Assembly (NCBI GenBank): GCA_018830295.1
Contig: JAHJSM010000001.1
Coordinates: forward strand, 193,980-257,979
Reading direction: 5' to 3'
Source: Patescibacteria group bacterium
GTDB lineage: Bacteria; Patescibacteriota; Minisyncoccia; Portnoybacterales; UBA2143
DNA length: 64,000 bases
Below, one piece after another: positions 37,018 through 46,070 of this stretch. Position numbers and translations under genes: made by a program. Position 1 is the stretch's first letter, and the number at the start of each line of letters is the position of its first letter. Under the pieces are notes generated by a model, which searched no databases, was not told the origin of the DNA, and was given only the letters and a program-made list of their open reading frames with translations.

Positions 37018-38160
37018 GACAATAGCGGAGGCGGCAGCTAAGATAAATGTCCATTGGATGGCGAGATAAAAAGAAGCGGCGATAATCAGAATAACCATCA
37101 ATGTCCGACCGAAACTAATCGCTATTTCGTGCAAGACCGTGAACTCGTCCACGAAATGCCCTTGGTCAGCCGCGATTTCATAAGTCAGCGCGTCAAAGGG
37201 CGTCCGCAGGAAAATTTTGGCGACGCTATGATAAGCGCCCACCATAAAAATATGGAAAGCGGTGGTGATGAAAATCTTAACAACCCACCCGGCGGAATAA
37301 AAAAAACTCCCCCATTTCAAAGCGCCCTTTTTTGAATCATTCTCGTCCATTCTCTTACCTAAAAGCAATTGCGCTCCGACAGTAATTCCAATAATAAATG
37401 TAGAAATCGCGCCAACTTGAAAATAGTCGCCATTCAAAAGTTGATAAATAAAAATCGGCCAAATAACTATCCCAACGACATTCTCGGCGCCATCCGCCAT
37501 ATACGCCAAAACAATTTTTCTCATCTTGCGCGAAAAAAATTGTTTCCATGTTTCCAAAAACTCCCAACTAAATTTCTCGCGCGTCCGAGGAATGGTCAAA
37601 TATGGAATGCCCGAAACAAGATAAAGAATAATAGCGATTAAAAACAAAACATCAAACCCAAAATGGCTAATGATATAACCCGATATTAGAGGGATAAAAA
37701 CCCCCGCCGCCAAATAACTGGCGTTGAGAACGCTCACTTGCCTTCCGCGGTCTTCTTTATTGGTAAATTTGGCGAAATCAACATGATAAGGCACCCAATA
37801 GAAGAGCCGAAAGAAAACGACCACCAAAACCGACAAAGGAATTAAATACCGCGCGTTTTCCGCGTTGATGAAATAGAAAATAAGATAAAACGCGGCGCCC
37901 AAAAGAATGCTAATTCGCAACGCCCTCCTAAAACCGAAGTCGTTCAGAAATCTCGCCCCAAAAGAAACAGTCAGCCCATACAAAAGATAGCCAACGCCGT
38001 AATAGATAACCGTCATTCTTAAATCCTGCCCAAAAAGGTCATACAAAAAAATAGGCAAAAAAATCCCCGAAAGAGCCGTCGCAATCAAAACAATTGTCTT
38101 GCCCACATACAAAGAAACAAATCCATGCGAAGGCGCCTTATCAAAATATTTTCCAATCAT
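36979..38160 (-). CDS. MFS transporter
   Basis: About 12 hydrophobic segments; DFGFRR and EDRGRQ loop motifs. Confidence 0.8.
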   Translation of the reverse strand: MIGKYFDKAPSHGFVSLYVGKTIVLIATALSGIFLPIFLYDLFGQDLRMTVIYYGVGYLLYGLTVSFGARFLNDFGFRRALRISILLGAAFYLIFYFINAENARYLIPLSVLVVVFFRLFYWVPYHVDFAKFTNKEDRGRQVSVLNASYLAAGVFIPLISGYIISHFGFDVLFLIAIILYLVSGIPYLTIPRTREKFSWEFLETWKQFFSRKMRKIVLAYMADGAENVVGIVIWPIFIYQLLNGDYFQVGAISTFIIGITVGAQLLLGKRMDENDSKKGALKWGSFFYSAGWVVKIFITTAFHIFMVGAYHSVAKIFLRTPFDALTYEIAADQGHFVDEFTVLHEIAISFGRTLMVILIIAASFYLAIQWTFILAAASAIVFNLLSERQERFV

Positions 38161-38222
38161 AAAAATATTTTACCATAAAAACTGGAAATCCCCCAGTTTC
38201 TCTGATAGAATGGCAATATCGC

Positions 38223-38295
38223 GGGCGGTTAGCTCACCCGGTAGAGCGCTTCGTTTACACCGAAGAGGTAGCAGGTTCGAGTCCTGCACCGCCCA
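38223..38295 (+). tRNA. tRNA-Val(TAC)
   Basis: cttcg-ttTACac-cgaag. Confidence 0.92.
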
Positions 38296-38298
38296 CAC

Positions 38299-38385
38299 GG
38301 AGAGGTGCCAGAGTGGACGAATGGGACGGTCTCGAAAACCGTTGTGGTAGAAATACCACCGTGGGTTCGAATCCCACCCTCTCCG
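38299..38385 (+). tRNA. tRNA-Ser(CGA)
   Basis: acggt-ctCGAaa-accgt; long variable arm. Confidence 0.93.
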
Positions 38386-38478
38386 CCTTCGCCCGCCAAA
38401 GCGGGCTTCGGTCGCTGACGCGCCATAGCTTTAGCGACGGAGCGCGGACACAGTCCGCCTGAAGATTGCGTAGGCGGG
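38386..38478. repeat. tRNA-abutting GC-rich palindromic element (copy 2, with 33-nt nested insert)
   Basis: Matches 8424-8483 apart from insert tcgctgacgcgccatagctttagcgacggagcg. Confidence 0.8.
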
Positions 38479-38492
38479 TTTCGCCCGCCAGA

Positions 38493-38630
38493 TCAAAATC
38501 AACCAAAAATATAAGACCCATAAAATTACATTGCTACTTTGCGTTTTGCGACAAATACACCGCCTTCAATTTTGAAAAATATTTAAAATCCGGTTCCGGC
38601 AGAGCGTTTATAGCCAAACATTTAACTTAA
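38493..38630 (+). pseudogene. C-terminal fragment of a small GIY-YIG (UPF0213-like) nuclease
   Basis: Manual translation SKSTKNIRPIKLHCYFAFCDKYTAFNFEKYLKSGSGRAFIAKHLT*; no start codon or GIY/YIG half. Confidence 0.7.
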
Positions 38631-38661
38631 TCACAAAGAAAGCGAGGTGAAAATATCAAAG

Positions 38662-38698
38662 AATGGGGGCTGCCCCCGCAACGGGGGCAGCCCCCATT
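38662..38698. repeat. G4 palindromic doublet
   Basis: aatGGGGGCTGCCCCCgcaacGGGGGCAGCCCCCatt. Confidence 0.9.
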
Positions 38699-38706
38699 TA
38701 ACACAC

Positions 38707-39348
38707 ATGAAAAAAATAAAACTTTTTTGGTATTTACTAACAATTATTCCTATCGTCTTGTTGATTCTTGGTTATGTTTTTCCCCTTCATTTTTTCTCTA
38801 GCCAAGATTCTATCAGGGAGTTTGTAAATCAATTTGGGATATTTGCTCCAATTATTTTTATACTCATTCAAATTCTCCAAGTTATCATTACACCCTTCAG
38901 CCATTACACAGTTTCTATTGCTGGTGGTTTTATTTTTGGAACTTGGTTAGGATTTCTTTACAATTTAATCGGCAGGGTAATTGGAACTGCAATCGCGTTT
39001 TATTTAGGAAGAATCTTCGGAAGAAAAATTATTAAGTATATGGTAAAGCCAGAGACAATCGAAAAGTATGATTATTATTTTGATAAAGGAAAACTGTTGT
39101 TGTTTTTGGCTTATTTTCTCCCCCTATTCCCCGATGATGAAATTTCATATTTAGCCGGATTTTCAGCAATTAGTCCTAAAATCTTTTTGCCGTTAATGGC
39201 CGTTGGACATATCGGCGGAAGTTTAAGTTTGTCTTATCTCGGGAACGGCGTGCAATCTATCAAGGAACCAATGTTTATATTTCTTTCGTTAATTACTCTA
39301 ATTGGCGGAATTTGGTTTGCTTGGCATTATAGAGAAATAAAAAAATAA
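38707..39348 (+). CDS. TVP38/TMEM64 (DedA/VTT) family membrane protein
   Basis: QVIITP, AGGFIFG, AFYLGR, LPLFPDD. Confidence 0.85.
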   Translation: MKKIKLFWYLLTIIPIVLLILGYVFPLHFFSSQDSIREFVNQFGIFAPIIFILIQILQVIITPFSHYTVSIAGGFIFGTWLGFLYNLIGRVIGTAIAFYLGRIFGRKIIKYMVKPETIEKYDYYFDKGKLLLFLAYFLPLFPDDEISYLAGFSAISPKIFLPLMAVGHIGGSLSLSYLGNGVQSIKEPMFIFLSLITLIGGIWFAWHYREIKK

Positions 39349-39462
39349 ACAACACGCCCGATAGAGAGCACTTTTTGTCCCCTGTGGACAACTGGTCTGA
39401 AATAAACTATACTGGGACAAGACCTTCCGCGGAATAATTTTTCCGATGGAGGTCTATGGTTT

Positions 39463-39948
39463 ATGCTTAATATCTTAATCGAAAACCCATTCTTTTTTGT
39501 TTTTTTGGGCGGAATTATTTTTCTCGCTCTTTGGAATGTTTTGCTTCAAATCCAGCATTGGCTGATAAGAAAAAAACTCAAAACATTTTTTAATGGCAAA
39601 AAAGCGTCTGATTTGGAGGGCGTTCTTTTCGAAGAAATCAAACGGTTGAAAAAAGCGGAAGAAGGCATTAAGGGGTTGTCTAAAAATCTAAAATCAGTTG
39701 AAAAAATGGCTGAACGAAGCATTCAAAAAGCGAGTGTTGTCCGTTTTAATCCGTTCAAAGAAACGGGCGGAGACCAAAGTTTTGTCATCGCCTTGCTTGA
39801 TTCGCGCGATAATGGCTTGGTCATCACGAGTTTATTCACCCGCCAAGGAAACAGGGTCTACAGCAAGCCAATTAAAGAAGGAAAATCAACATATCCCCTT
39901 TCCAAAGAAGAAACGGAAGCGTTGAAGAAAGCAGGAATGGAGAAATAA
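39463..39948 (+). CDS. DUF4446-like protein
   Basis: TM, coiled coil, VRFNPFKETGGDQSFVIALLD. Confidence 0.75.
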   Translation: MLNILIENPFFFVFLGGIIFLALWNVLLQIQHWLIRKKLKTFFNGKKASDLEGVLFEEIKRLKKAEEGIKGLSKNLKSVEKMAERSIQKASVVRFNPFKETGGDQSFVIALLDSRDNGLVITSLFTRQGNRVYSKPIKEGKSTYPLSKEETEALKKAGMEK

Positions 39949-39960
39949 GTTTTTATAAAA

Positions 39961-41472
39961 ATGAAAAAAAAGATTGTTAAGAAAAAAAAGAATAGTTTGC
40001 CAATCCGTCCACCGGTGGTGGTTATTTTAGGGCATGTTGACCATGGAAAAACCTCCATTCTTGACTATATCCGCAAAACGCAAGTGACGGCGAAAGAATC
40101 GGGCGGCATTACCCAACATATCGGCGCCTATCAAGCGAAGCATCAAGATAAAACTATTACATTTGTTGACACCCCTGGCCACGAAGCGTTTTCGGCGATG
40201 CGTTCGCGCGGAGCTAAGGTCGCCGACATCGCCATTTTAGTCGTCGCCGCCGAAGAAGGCCTAAAGCCGCAGACAAAAGAAGCGATTACTCATATTAAAA
40301 AATGTGGCATTCCAATGATTGTCGCGTTGAATAAAATTGATAAAAAAGAAGCCCAGCCGGATAAAGTTAAAGGAGAATTATCAAAATATGAGGTTGTCGT
40401 TGAATCATTGGGTGGCGAAGTTCCTTCAATCAATGTCTCGGCAAAAACAGGGCAAGGGATAGAAGAACTTTTGGAAATGATAAACTTGGTGGCGGAAATG
40501 GAAGAATTCACGGACGACCCAAACCAGACAGCCGCGGGAGTAATTATTGAATCGCGGCATGATACGCGAAGGGGCGCCACCGCTACCTTGTTAGTCAAAA
40601 GCGGAACGCTCAAAAGCAGAGATATTGTCGGAACTGGTTCGGCTTTCGGACGGATTAAAACAATGGAGGATTTTCAGCTTAATCCCATTAAAGAAGCGTC
40701 CGCGTCAACGCCCGCCGTCATTACTGGATTTAATCAGGCCCCGCAGGTTGGAGAAAAATTCGCTGTTTTTAATAGTTTAGACGAAGCGCAAACAGAAACC
40801 GCGAGAAAGACGGCGAAAAGAGATGCTGACGGAACAAAAGAAGTTTTTGATTTTGATTCGGACAAAAAAACGCTTAATATTATTCTCAAAGCCGATGTGA
40901 GAGGGTCTTTGGAAGCAATCCGAGAATCGCTCAAAAGCATCCCCGACGATGAGGTTATTTTAAGAATTCTCAAAGCGGAGGTTGGGGAAATAACAGAATC
41001 GGATATTAAAATGGCTGAATCAGCGAAGGCGAAAATATTCGGCTTTAGAATTAAAACAAGCGGACCGAGCAAACAATTAGCCCAGCATAAGAAAATTAGA
41101 ATCGCCTCTTTTGATATTATTTATGAATTAATCCAAAGCGTCCGAGAGTCGCTTTCTAAACTTTTAGAACCAGAGATAATCAAACACAGCGTCGGGCAAC
41201 TAAAAGTCCTCGCTTTGTTCAAGACAGAAAGAGATAAGCAAATTATCGGCGGGAAAGTTATTAAAGGAGATATTAAAAAAGGCGCGTTGGTTAATATTAT
41301 CGGCAAAGAAAAAACGCCTGGGAAAATTGTCCAACTCCAACGAGACAAAAAAGAAACTGACGAGGTCGGCAAAGGTCACGAATGCGGTCTTGCTGTTAGG
41401 GGCTTAACGAGCATTGAGAAAGGAGACACTTTGGAAATCTACATAGAAGAAAGAAAAAAGAGGGAAATTTAA
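39961..41472 (+). CDS. infB: Translation initiation factor IF-2 (no N-terminal extension)
   Basis: [38 protein letters not shown]. Confidence 0.96.
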   Translation: MKKKIVKKKKNSLPIRPPVVVILGHVDHGKTSILDYIRKTQVTAKESGGITQHIGAYQAKHQDKTITFVDTPGHEAFSAMRSRGAKVADIAILVVAAEEGLKPQTKEAITHIKKCGIPMIVALNKIDKKEAQPDKVKGELSKYEVVVESLGGEVPSINVSAKTGQGIEELLEMINLVAEMEEFTDDPNQTAAGVIIESRHDTRRGATATLLVKSGTLKSRDIVGTGSAFGRIKTMEDFQLNPIKEASASTPAVITGFNQAPQVGEKFAVFNSLDEAQTETARKTAKRDADGTKEVFDFDSDKKTLNIILKADVRGSLEAIRESLKSIPDDEVILRILKAEVGEITESDIKMAESAKAKIFGFRIKTSGPSKQLAQHKKIRIASFDIIYELIQSVRESLSKLLEPEIIKHSVGQLKVLALFKTERDKQIIGGKVIKGDIKKGALVNIIGKEKTPGKIVQLQRDKKETDEVGKGHECGLAVRGLTSIEKGDTLEIYIEERKKREI

Positions 41473-41487
41473 TTATTCGCCAACCCT

Positions 41488-41823
41488 ATGTCTGCCCTGC
41501 GAATTGAAAAAGTCAACGAACTTCTCCGACAAGAAGTTAGCAAACTACTCCTGAAAGAGGTTGATTTTGAAGGCGCCTTCGTAACAATCACAAATGTTGA
41601 CACAGCGCCTAATTTACAGCAAAGTAAGATAAGGATTAGCGTTCTTCCAAACGAGAAAATCGAAAAGGTTTTGGATATCATTAGCAGAAATATCTTTCAT
41701 CTCCAAAAATCGCTTAATAAGAAACTATATATGAGACCCGTTCCTAAAATGATTTTTGAAATTGACAAAGTGGAAGAGCACGCCCAACGGATTGAGGAAA
41801 TTTTAGGAAAGATTAAAAGGTAA
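41488..41823 (+). CDS. rbfA: Ribosome-binding factor A
   Basis: RIEKVNELL, VTITNVD, MRPVPKMIF; follows infB. Confidence 0.88.
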   Translation: MSALRIEKVNELLRQEVSKLLLKEVDFEGAFVTITNVDTAPNLQQSKIRISVLPNEKIEKVLDIISRNIFHLQKSLNKKLYMRPVPKMIFEIDKVEEHAQRIEEILGKIKR

Positions 41824-41894
41824 GGCCGTGTGGCGGAGTGGTTACGCGATGGTCTGCAAAACCATTTACACCGGTTCAATTCCGGTCGCGGCCT
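41824..41894 (+). tRNA. tRNA-Cys(GCA)
   Basis: atggt-ctGCAaa-accat; U73; begins immediately after rbfA stop. Confidence 0.92.
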
Positions 41895-41911
41895 CAGGGA
41901 AAATAAAATAC

Positions 41912-41997
41912 GCCGCGGTGGTGAAATGGCAGACACGCAACACTTAAAATGTTGTGGGAGAAATCCCGTGTGGGTTCGACTCCCACCCGCGGCACCA
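41912..41997 (+). tRNA. tRNA-Leu(TAA)
   Basis: caaca-ctTAAaa-tgttg; encoded CCA. Confidence 0.93.
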
Positions 41998-42035
41998 TAA
42001 TAAAAACCCGTTTTTAACGGGTTTTTATTATTTAA

Positions 42036-42515
42036 CTATATCTTCAGCACTTCTACTTTGAGTTGTTGAACTCCGAATTGCTTGGCGTCTTCTCTGGTTT
42101 CAAACCAGATGTCTATTTTGTGGTTGTTTTTGAGGGCCATTCTGTCCTCAACCACGAAAACCTTGTCTCCGTAAATGTCCGGAAAACGAACTCTCGTCCC
42201 AAACTTTAAGAAGTTGCAAGCGATAATACCGTCCCGAACGCCTGTCCCGGAAGCGGTAATAAAAGGCGTTGAATCGGTTTGGTCAGGTGTGCTTGAGTAA
42301 GCCGTCACCGTCACCCATTTCTGATTTACCACAATCGGCGTGTCCGGCGTAGATGATTGGACTAATGTTTGCCCTTGAAGGGTTATCAGACCATCAACCG
42401 GAAGAAAACCGATTTCAGTTTGATTGGGACCGATTAAACCAAGCTGGGGAAATAAGAAGTTAGAGACCAGGCCAAGCAAAGATAGAGAGACCGAAATTCT
42501 ATTCTTTGTATACAT
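42036..42515 (-). CDS. 3D-domain (MltA-like) peptidoglycan hydrolase
   Basis: TAYSS..QTD.TPFITASG, VEDRM, IDIW. Confidence 0.85.
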   Translation of the reverse strand: MYTKNRISVSLSLLGLVSNFLFPQLGLIGPNQTEIGFLPVDGLITLQGQTLVQSSTPDTPIVVNQKWVTVTAYSSTPDQTDSTPFITASGTGVRDGIIACNFLKFGTRVRFPDIYGDKVFVVEDRMALKNNHKIDIWFETREDAKQFGVQQLKVEVLKI

Positions 42516-42584
42516 AAATTTTTAAGTAATTAAAAAATCCCCTCTTCGGGATTTCTTAGATACTATCACATCTATTTAATTTTG

Positions 42585-43112
42585 TCAAGGGTTTTTGGCG
42601 GTTTTTTGATTTTTCATCTTTTTTAGAGCGATTCGCAACCAAACAGAATATTTGTTCGGGCGTTTGGCGATGTTTTTTTTTAACTCCCCCATAGAAATCC
42701 ACTTATAATCCATAATTTCCTTTGGGTTTGGCTTCGGCTCTCCGTCAAATTTTCCGATAAAAACGCAGTCGTATTCGTTTTCAGTCAGGCCATTATGAAA
42801 ACCCGTGTTGTAAATAAAGCAAAACGCTTTTTTGATTTTACAATCAAAACCCATTTCTTCTCCTAGCCGCCTATGCGCCGCTTGATGATATGTCTCGCGC
42901 GGTCGCGGATGACTGCAAACCGTGTTTGACCACAACCCTTCCGAATGATATTTATCTCGCGCTCTTTGCTGAATAAGTAACTCTCCTTTTGAGTTAAAAA
43001 TGAAAATTGAAAAAGCCCGATGCAGTTTTCCATCCCGATGGGCTTTAATCTTCTCCTCTACGCCGACTTTTTTATTATTTTTATCCACCAAAACAACTTG
43101 TTCTTTCGGCAT
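42585..43112 (-). CDS. idi: Isopentenyl-diphosphate delta-isomerase type 1
   Basis: LHRAFSIF, WSNTVCSHP, EEMG, ENE. Confidence 0.93.
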   Translation of the reverse strand: MPKEQVVLVDKNNKKVGVEEKIKAHRDGKLHRAFSIFIFNSKGELLIQQRARDKYHSEGLWSNTVCSHPRPRETYHQAAHRRLGEEMGFDCKIKKAFCFIYNTGFHNGLTENEYDCVFIGKFDGEPKPNPKEIMDYKWISMGELKKNIAKRPNKYSVWLRIALKKMKNQKTAKNP

Positions 43113-43130
43113 CTTGTTTTCTTATTCGTG

Positions 43131-43202
43131 AGCGGGTAGGGGGAATCGAACCCCCGTCATCTGATTGGCAACCAGATGTAATAGCCACTATACGATACCC
43201 GC
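43131..43202 (-). tRNA. tRNA-Gly(GCC)
   Basis: tctgg-ttGCCaa-tcaga. Confidence 0.92.
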
Positions 43203-43260
43203 CTTCGTCCGCCATAGCGGACTTCGGCGGGCAATGCCCGCTTAAGTTCGCGACGGCTGG
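43203..43260. repeat. tRNA-abutting GC-rich palindromic element (divergent copy 3)
   Basis: cttcgtccgccatagcggacttcggcggg resembles cttcgcccgccgaagcgggcttcggcgg. Confidence 0.6.
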
Positions 43261-43262
43261 AT

Positions 43263-43337
43263 TGGTGCCGGGGGTGGGAGTCGAACCCACTACTTTCTCT
43301 TTTTCAGAGAGACACTCTACCGATGAGTTACCCCGGC
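43263..43337 (-). tRNA. tRNA-Phe(GAA)
   Basis: tctct-ctGAAaa-agaga; encoded CCA. Confidence 0.92.
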
Positions 43338-43343
43338 ATAAAT

Positions 43344-43757
43344 TTAATGAATTAAAGACAAATCACTATTTAATACAACTGGTCGCATTGCTTCTATTTC
43401 ATCCTTATACATTATTTCGGGAATTGAATTTAACAAAAATACTTTCTTATTCAAAACATGAGCGAAACCCATTTCGAGAAACGCATTGCCACCAATATAA
43501 TTCTTAATTCCATTTTTGTCTATATTGATAATCAAAACAGCATCCGCATTTTTAATTTCTTCGAAATAATCCCTAATAAGATCATGCTCAATCTTATTTT
43601 TCACTGATTCAGAATGAATCTTATCTAAATTTTCCATCAAAGCATATTGTTCCGTAAATTTTGGTAAAATAACTTTATGATCTAATATCCTAAGTTTTTT
43701 ACCGATATCTACCATTTTTTTCACAGAGCTCATGCTTCCGCAAATTACTATTTTCAT
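43344..43757 (-). CDS. Nucleoside 2-deoxyribosyltransferase-like protein
   Basis: MKIVICGSM, ADAVLIIN, YIGGNAFLEMGFA; start trimmed to exclude tRNA-Ala. Confidence 0.65.
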   Translation of the reverse strand: MKIVICGSMSSVKKMVDIGKKLRILDHKVILPKFTEQYALMENLDKIHSESVKNKIEHDLIRDYFEEIKNADAVLIINIDKNGIKNYIGGNAFLEMGFAHVLNKKVFLLNSIPEIMYKDEIEAMRPVVLNSDLSLIH

Positions 43758-43768
43758 ATTTTTATATA

Positions 43769-44064
43769 GCCCCGCAATACTGCGGGGCACTATTTTTTGT
43801 TGCCAAATCGGAATTTGGACAAAAAATGTGGACCCAGTGGGATTCGAACCCACGACCACCTCGCTGCCAGCGAGGTGCGCTACCGCTGCGCTATGGGCCC
43901 GCGAAATTCTTCCAAATTCTGATTTGGTAAAGAATTTCAGCGTCCCGCAGTATTGCGGGACAACTTCTCCCAAATTCTTATTTTTGTTACTAAGTTAGAA
44001 TTAAGGCCCCGCAATTCTGCGGGGCGCTGATTTTTATAATCAAATCAGAATTTGAATAAAAATC
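43769..44064. repeat. Three copies of a two-hairpin element around tRNA-Ala and tRNA-Arg
   Basis: CCCGCAAT(A/T)CTGCGGG plus CAAATC(A/G)GAATTTG at 43769-43826, 43903-43961 (inverted) and 44006-44064. Confidence 0.8.
43829..43900 (-). tRNA. tRNA-Ala(GGC)
   Basis: cctcg-ctGGCag-cgagg; G3:U70. Confidence 0.92.
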
Positions 44065-44067
44065 GCG

Positions 44068-44140
44068 TGTCCTCGGCGCGAGTCGAACGCGCGACCTACG
44101 CGTTAGGAGTGCGTTGCTCTATCCACTGAGCTACGAGGAC
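44068..44140 (-). tRNA. tRNA-Arg(CCT)
   Basis: GTCCTCG acceptor, loop ctCCTaa; one mismatch at base of anticodon stem. Confidence 0.88.
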
Positions 44141-44223
44141 TTATTCATAACGCCGCAACCCCATCTTATAATATTGACTTACCTTAGTCAATGGATTATA
44201 CTCTAAACTAAGAAACGAGAAAA

Positions 44224-45291
44224 ATGAAAAAATCACCTATCGTTCAAGTTGTTAAAAAAATTAGTCCTGCGGTGGTCAGTATTACGATTACCAAGGAATT
44301 TCCTAAAATAAGGAGATATTTCGTTCAGCCGTTTGACGAACTTTTCGGGTCTTACGGAGCGCCTATTCCTCAATTTCGCCAAGAAGGAAAGCAAAGAGTG
44401 AAAATCGGAGGAGGAAGCGGATTTTTTGTTTCATCGGAAGGCATCATTTTAACCAACCGTCATGTTGTTGCTTCCTCTGAAGTTGATTATACGGTCGTCA
44501 CAAATAACGGCGAAAAATACGAAGCAGAGGTCTTGGCTCGCGACCATGTCAACGATGTCGCCATTATTAAAGTAAAATGCCCCAAGAATAAAAAATTTCC
44601 TATTTTGGAATTGGGCGATTCAGATAAAATAGAATTGGGACAGGACGCGATTGCTATCGGCAACGCTTTGGGAACTTTTCAAAATACCGTTTCAACTGGA
44701 GTTGTTTCTGGATTGAGCCGATTTATTACCGCTCACGACGGAATTTCCGGTCGCGCGGCTGAATTAAGAGGGCTTGTCCAAACAGACGCGGCGATTAATC
44801 CGGGCAATTCGGGCGGACCTTTGGCTGACATTGATGGCAAGGTTGTCGCTATTAATGTGGCAATCGTCCAAGGCGCTCAAAATATTGGTTTCGCTATTCC
44901 AATTAACAACGCCAAAAAAGATTTAGAGGACCTTAAAAAACACGGAAGGATTATTCAGCCATTTATGGGCGTCCGATATATTTTAATCAATAAGGCGCTC
45001 AAAGAAGAAATTTTAGCGCAGTCAGGAATTAGTTTGCCGGTTGACCACGGCGCTTTAGTCGTTCGCGAACCAGGCATCGGCGACCCTGCGATTATTCCTA
45101 ATGGTCCCGCCTTCAAGGCCGGTTTGATGGAGCGCGATATTATTTTAGAATTTAATAAAGAAAAAGTTGACGAAAAGCATCCTTTGCAAGAAATGATTCA
45201 CAAGCGCAAGCCCGGGGATGTGATTGAAATAAAAATTTTAAGAGGAGACAAAATCGGCGTAGTAAATGTAAAACTGGAAGAGAGGAAATAG
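44224..45291 (+). CDS. HtrA/DegP-like serine protease with PDZ domain
   Basis: GSGF, TNRHVV, QTDAAINPGNSGGPL; no signal peptide or TM visible. Confidence 0.92.
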   Translation: MKKSPIVQVVKKISPAVVSITITKEFPKIRRYFVQPFDELFGSYGAPIPQFRQEGKQRVKIGGGSGFFVSSEGIILTNRHVVASSEVDYTVVTNNGEKYEAEVLARDHVNDVAIIKVKCPKNKKFPILELGDSDKIELGQDAIAIGNALGTFQNTVSTGVVSGLSRFITAHDGISGRAAELRGLVQTDAAINPGNSGGPLADIDGKVVAINVAIVQGAQNIGFAIPINNAKKDLEDLKKHGRIIQPFMGVRYILINKALKEEILAQSGISLPVDHGALVVREPGIGDPAIIPNGPAFKAGLMERDIILEFNKEKVDEKHPLQEMIHKRKPGDVIEIKILRGDKIGVVNVKLEERK

Positions 45292-45329
45292 AAAATCCCG
45301 CGCGAGCGGAACGAAAGCTCTCTGCCTGA

Positions 45330-45369
45330 GAACAAAAGTCCTTTCATTGAAAAATGAAGGACTTTTGTT
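45330..45369. terminator. Long bidirectional terminator-like hairpin
   Basis: aacaaaagtcctttcat-tgaaaa-atgaaggacttttgtt between convergent genes. Confidence 0.6.
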
Positions 45370-45380
45370 TTGCGGAATTT

Positions 45381-45998
45381 TTAAAATAACGCATAATTTC
45401 CAACAATCAAAACATATAGCGGCTCAACTATAAATGGAATTACTACATAAATCATAAAAAAAATCACACCTATAAGAGGCAAAATACCGCCTTGTATAAA
45501 AGAATTTTTAACATTTTCTAGTGAAGGGAATAAAGCGAAAAAAATATGCGAACCATCAAGAGGCGGAACTGGCATTAAATTTAACACTCCTAAAATAAGA
45601 TTGATCCAAACAGAAAAACTTAAAAAATAAATTAAATAAAGATTATTTAATTCAAAAAAATACAAGAAAGAACCAACAAGTAGCACTATTAAAAAATTAG
45701 AACATGGTCCAGCCGCGCTTACTAAAGCAGGACCCCATTTTTGGTTTTTTAGATTATAAGGATTAAAGGGAACTGGCTTGCCCCAACCGATCCCGGCAAT
45801 GAAAATAAGAATTGTTCCAAGCGGATCTAAATGCGCAAGCGGATTTACAGTTAATCGACCTTGATCTTTAGCAGTATTATCACCTAAATAATAAGCCATC
45901 CATGCATGAAAAAATTCATGAATGCTAAGCGCAAAAATTATTGCCATGGCTATTATTAAAAACAATATTGGGTCATTAAAAAGAATTTGTATAAGCAT
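45381..45998 (-). CDS. Site-2 protease (M50) family
   Basis: HEFFH, NPLAHLDP, AGP, NLMPVPPLDG. Confidence 0.92.
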   Translation of the reverse strand: MLIQILFNDPILFLIIAMAIIFALSIHEFFHAWMAYYLGDNTAKDQGRLTVNPLAHLDPLGTILIFIAGIGWGKPVPFNPYNLKNQKWGPALVSAAGPCSNFLIVLLVGSFLYFFELNNLYLIYFLSFSVWINLILGVLNLMPVPPLDGSHIFFALFPSLENVKNSFIQGGILPLIGVIFFMIYVVIPFIVEPLYVLIVGNYALF

Positions 45999-46070
45999 AT
46001 TTTTTTACTTGATTATTATCAAAAAATAGGGTAATCTTTAAAAGTAAATTAATTATCTATACGAACAACT

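Noticed and set aside
7856-38698. G4 doublets as a CRISPR array
   Set aside because: Dispersed, with no regular spacers and no cas genes
43758-43973. N-terminal extension of the 209-aa ORF
   Set aside because: Reads through tRNA-Ala and repeats; the real start is MKIVICG at 43757
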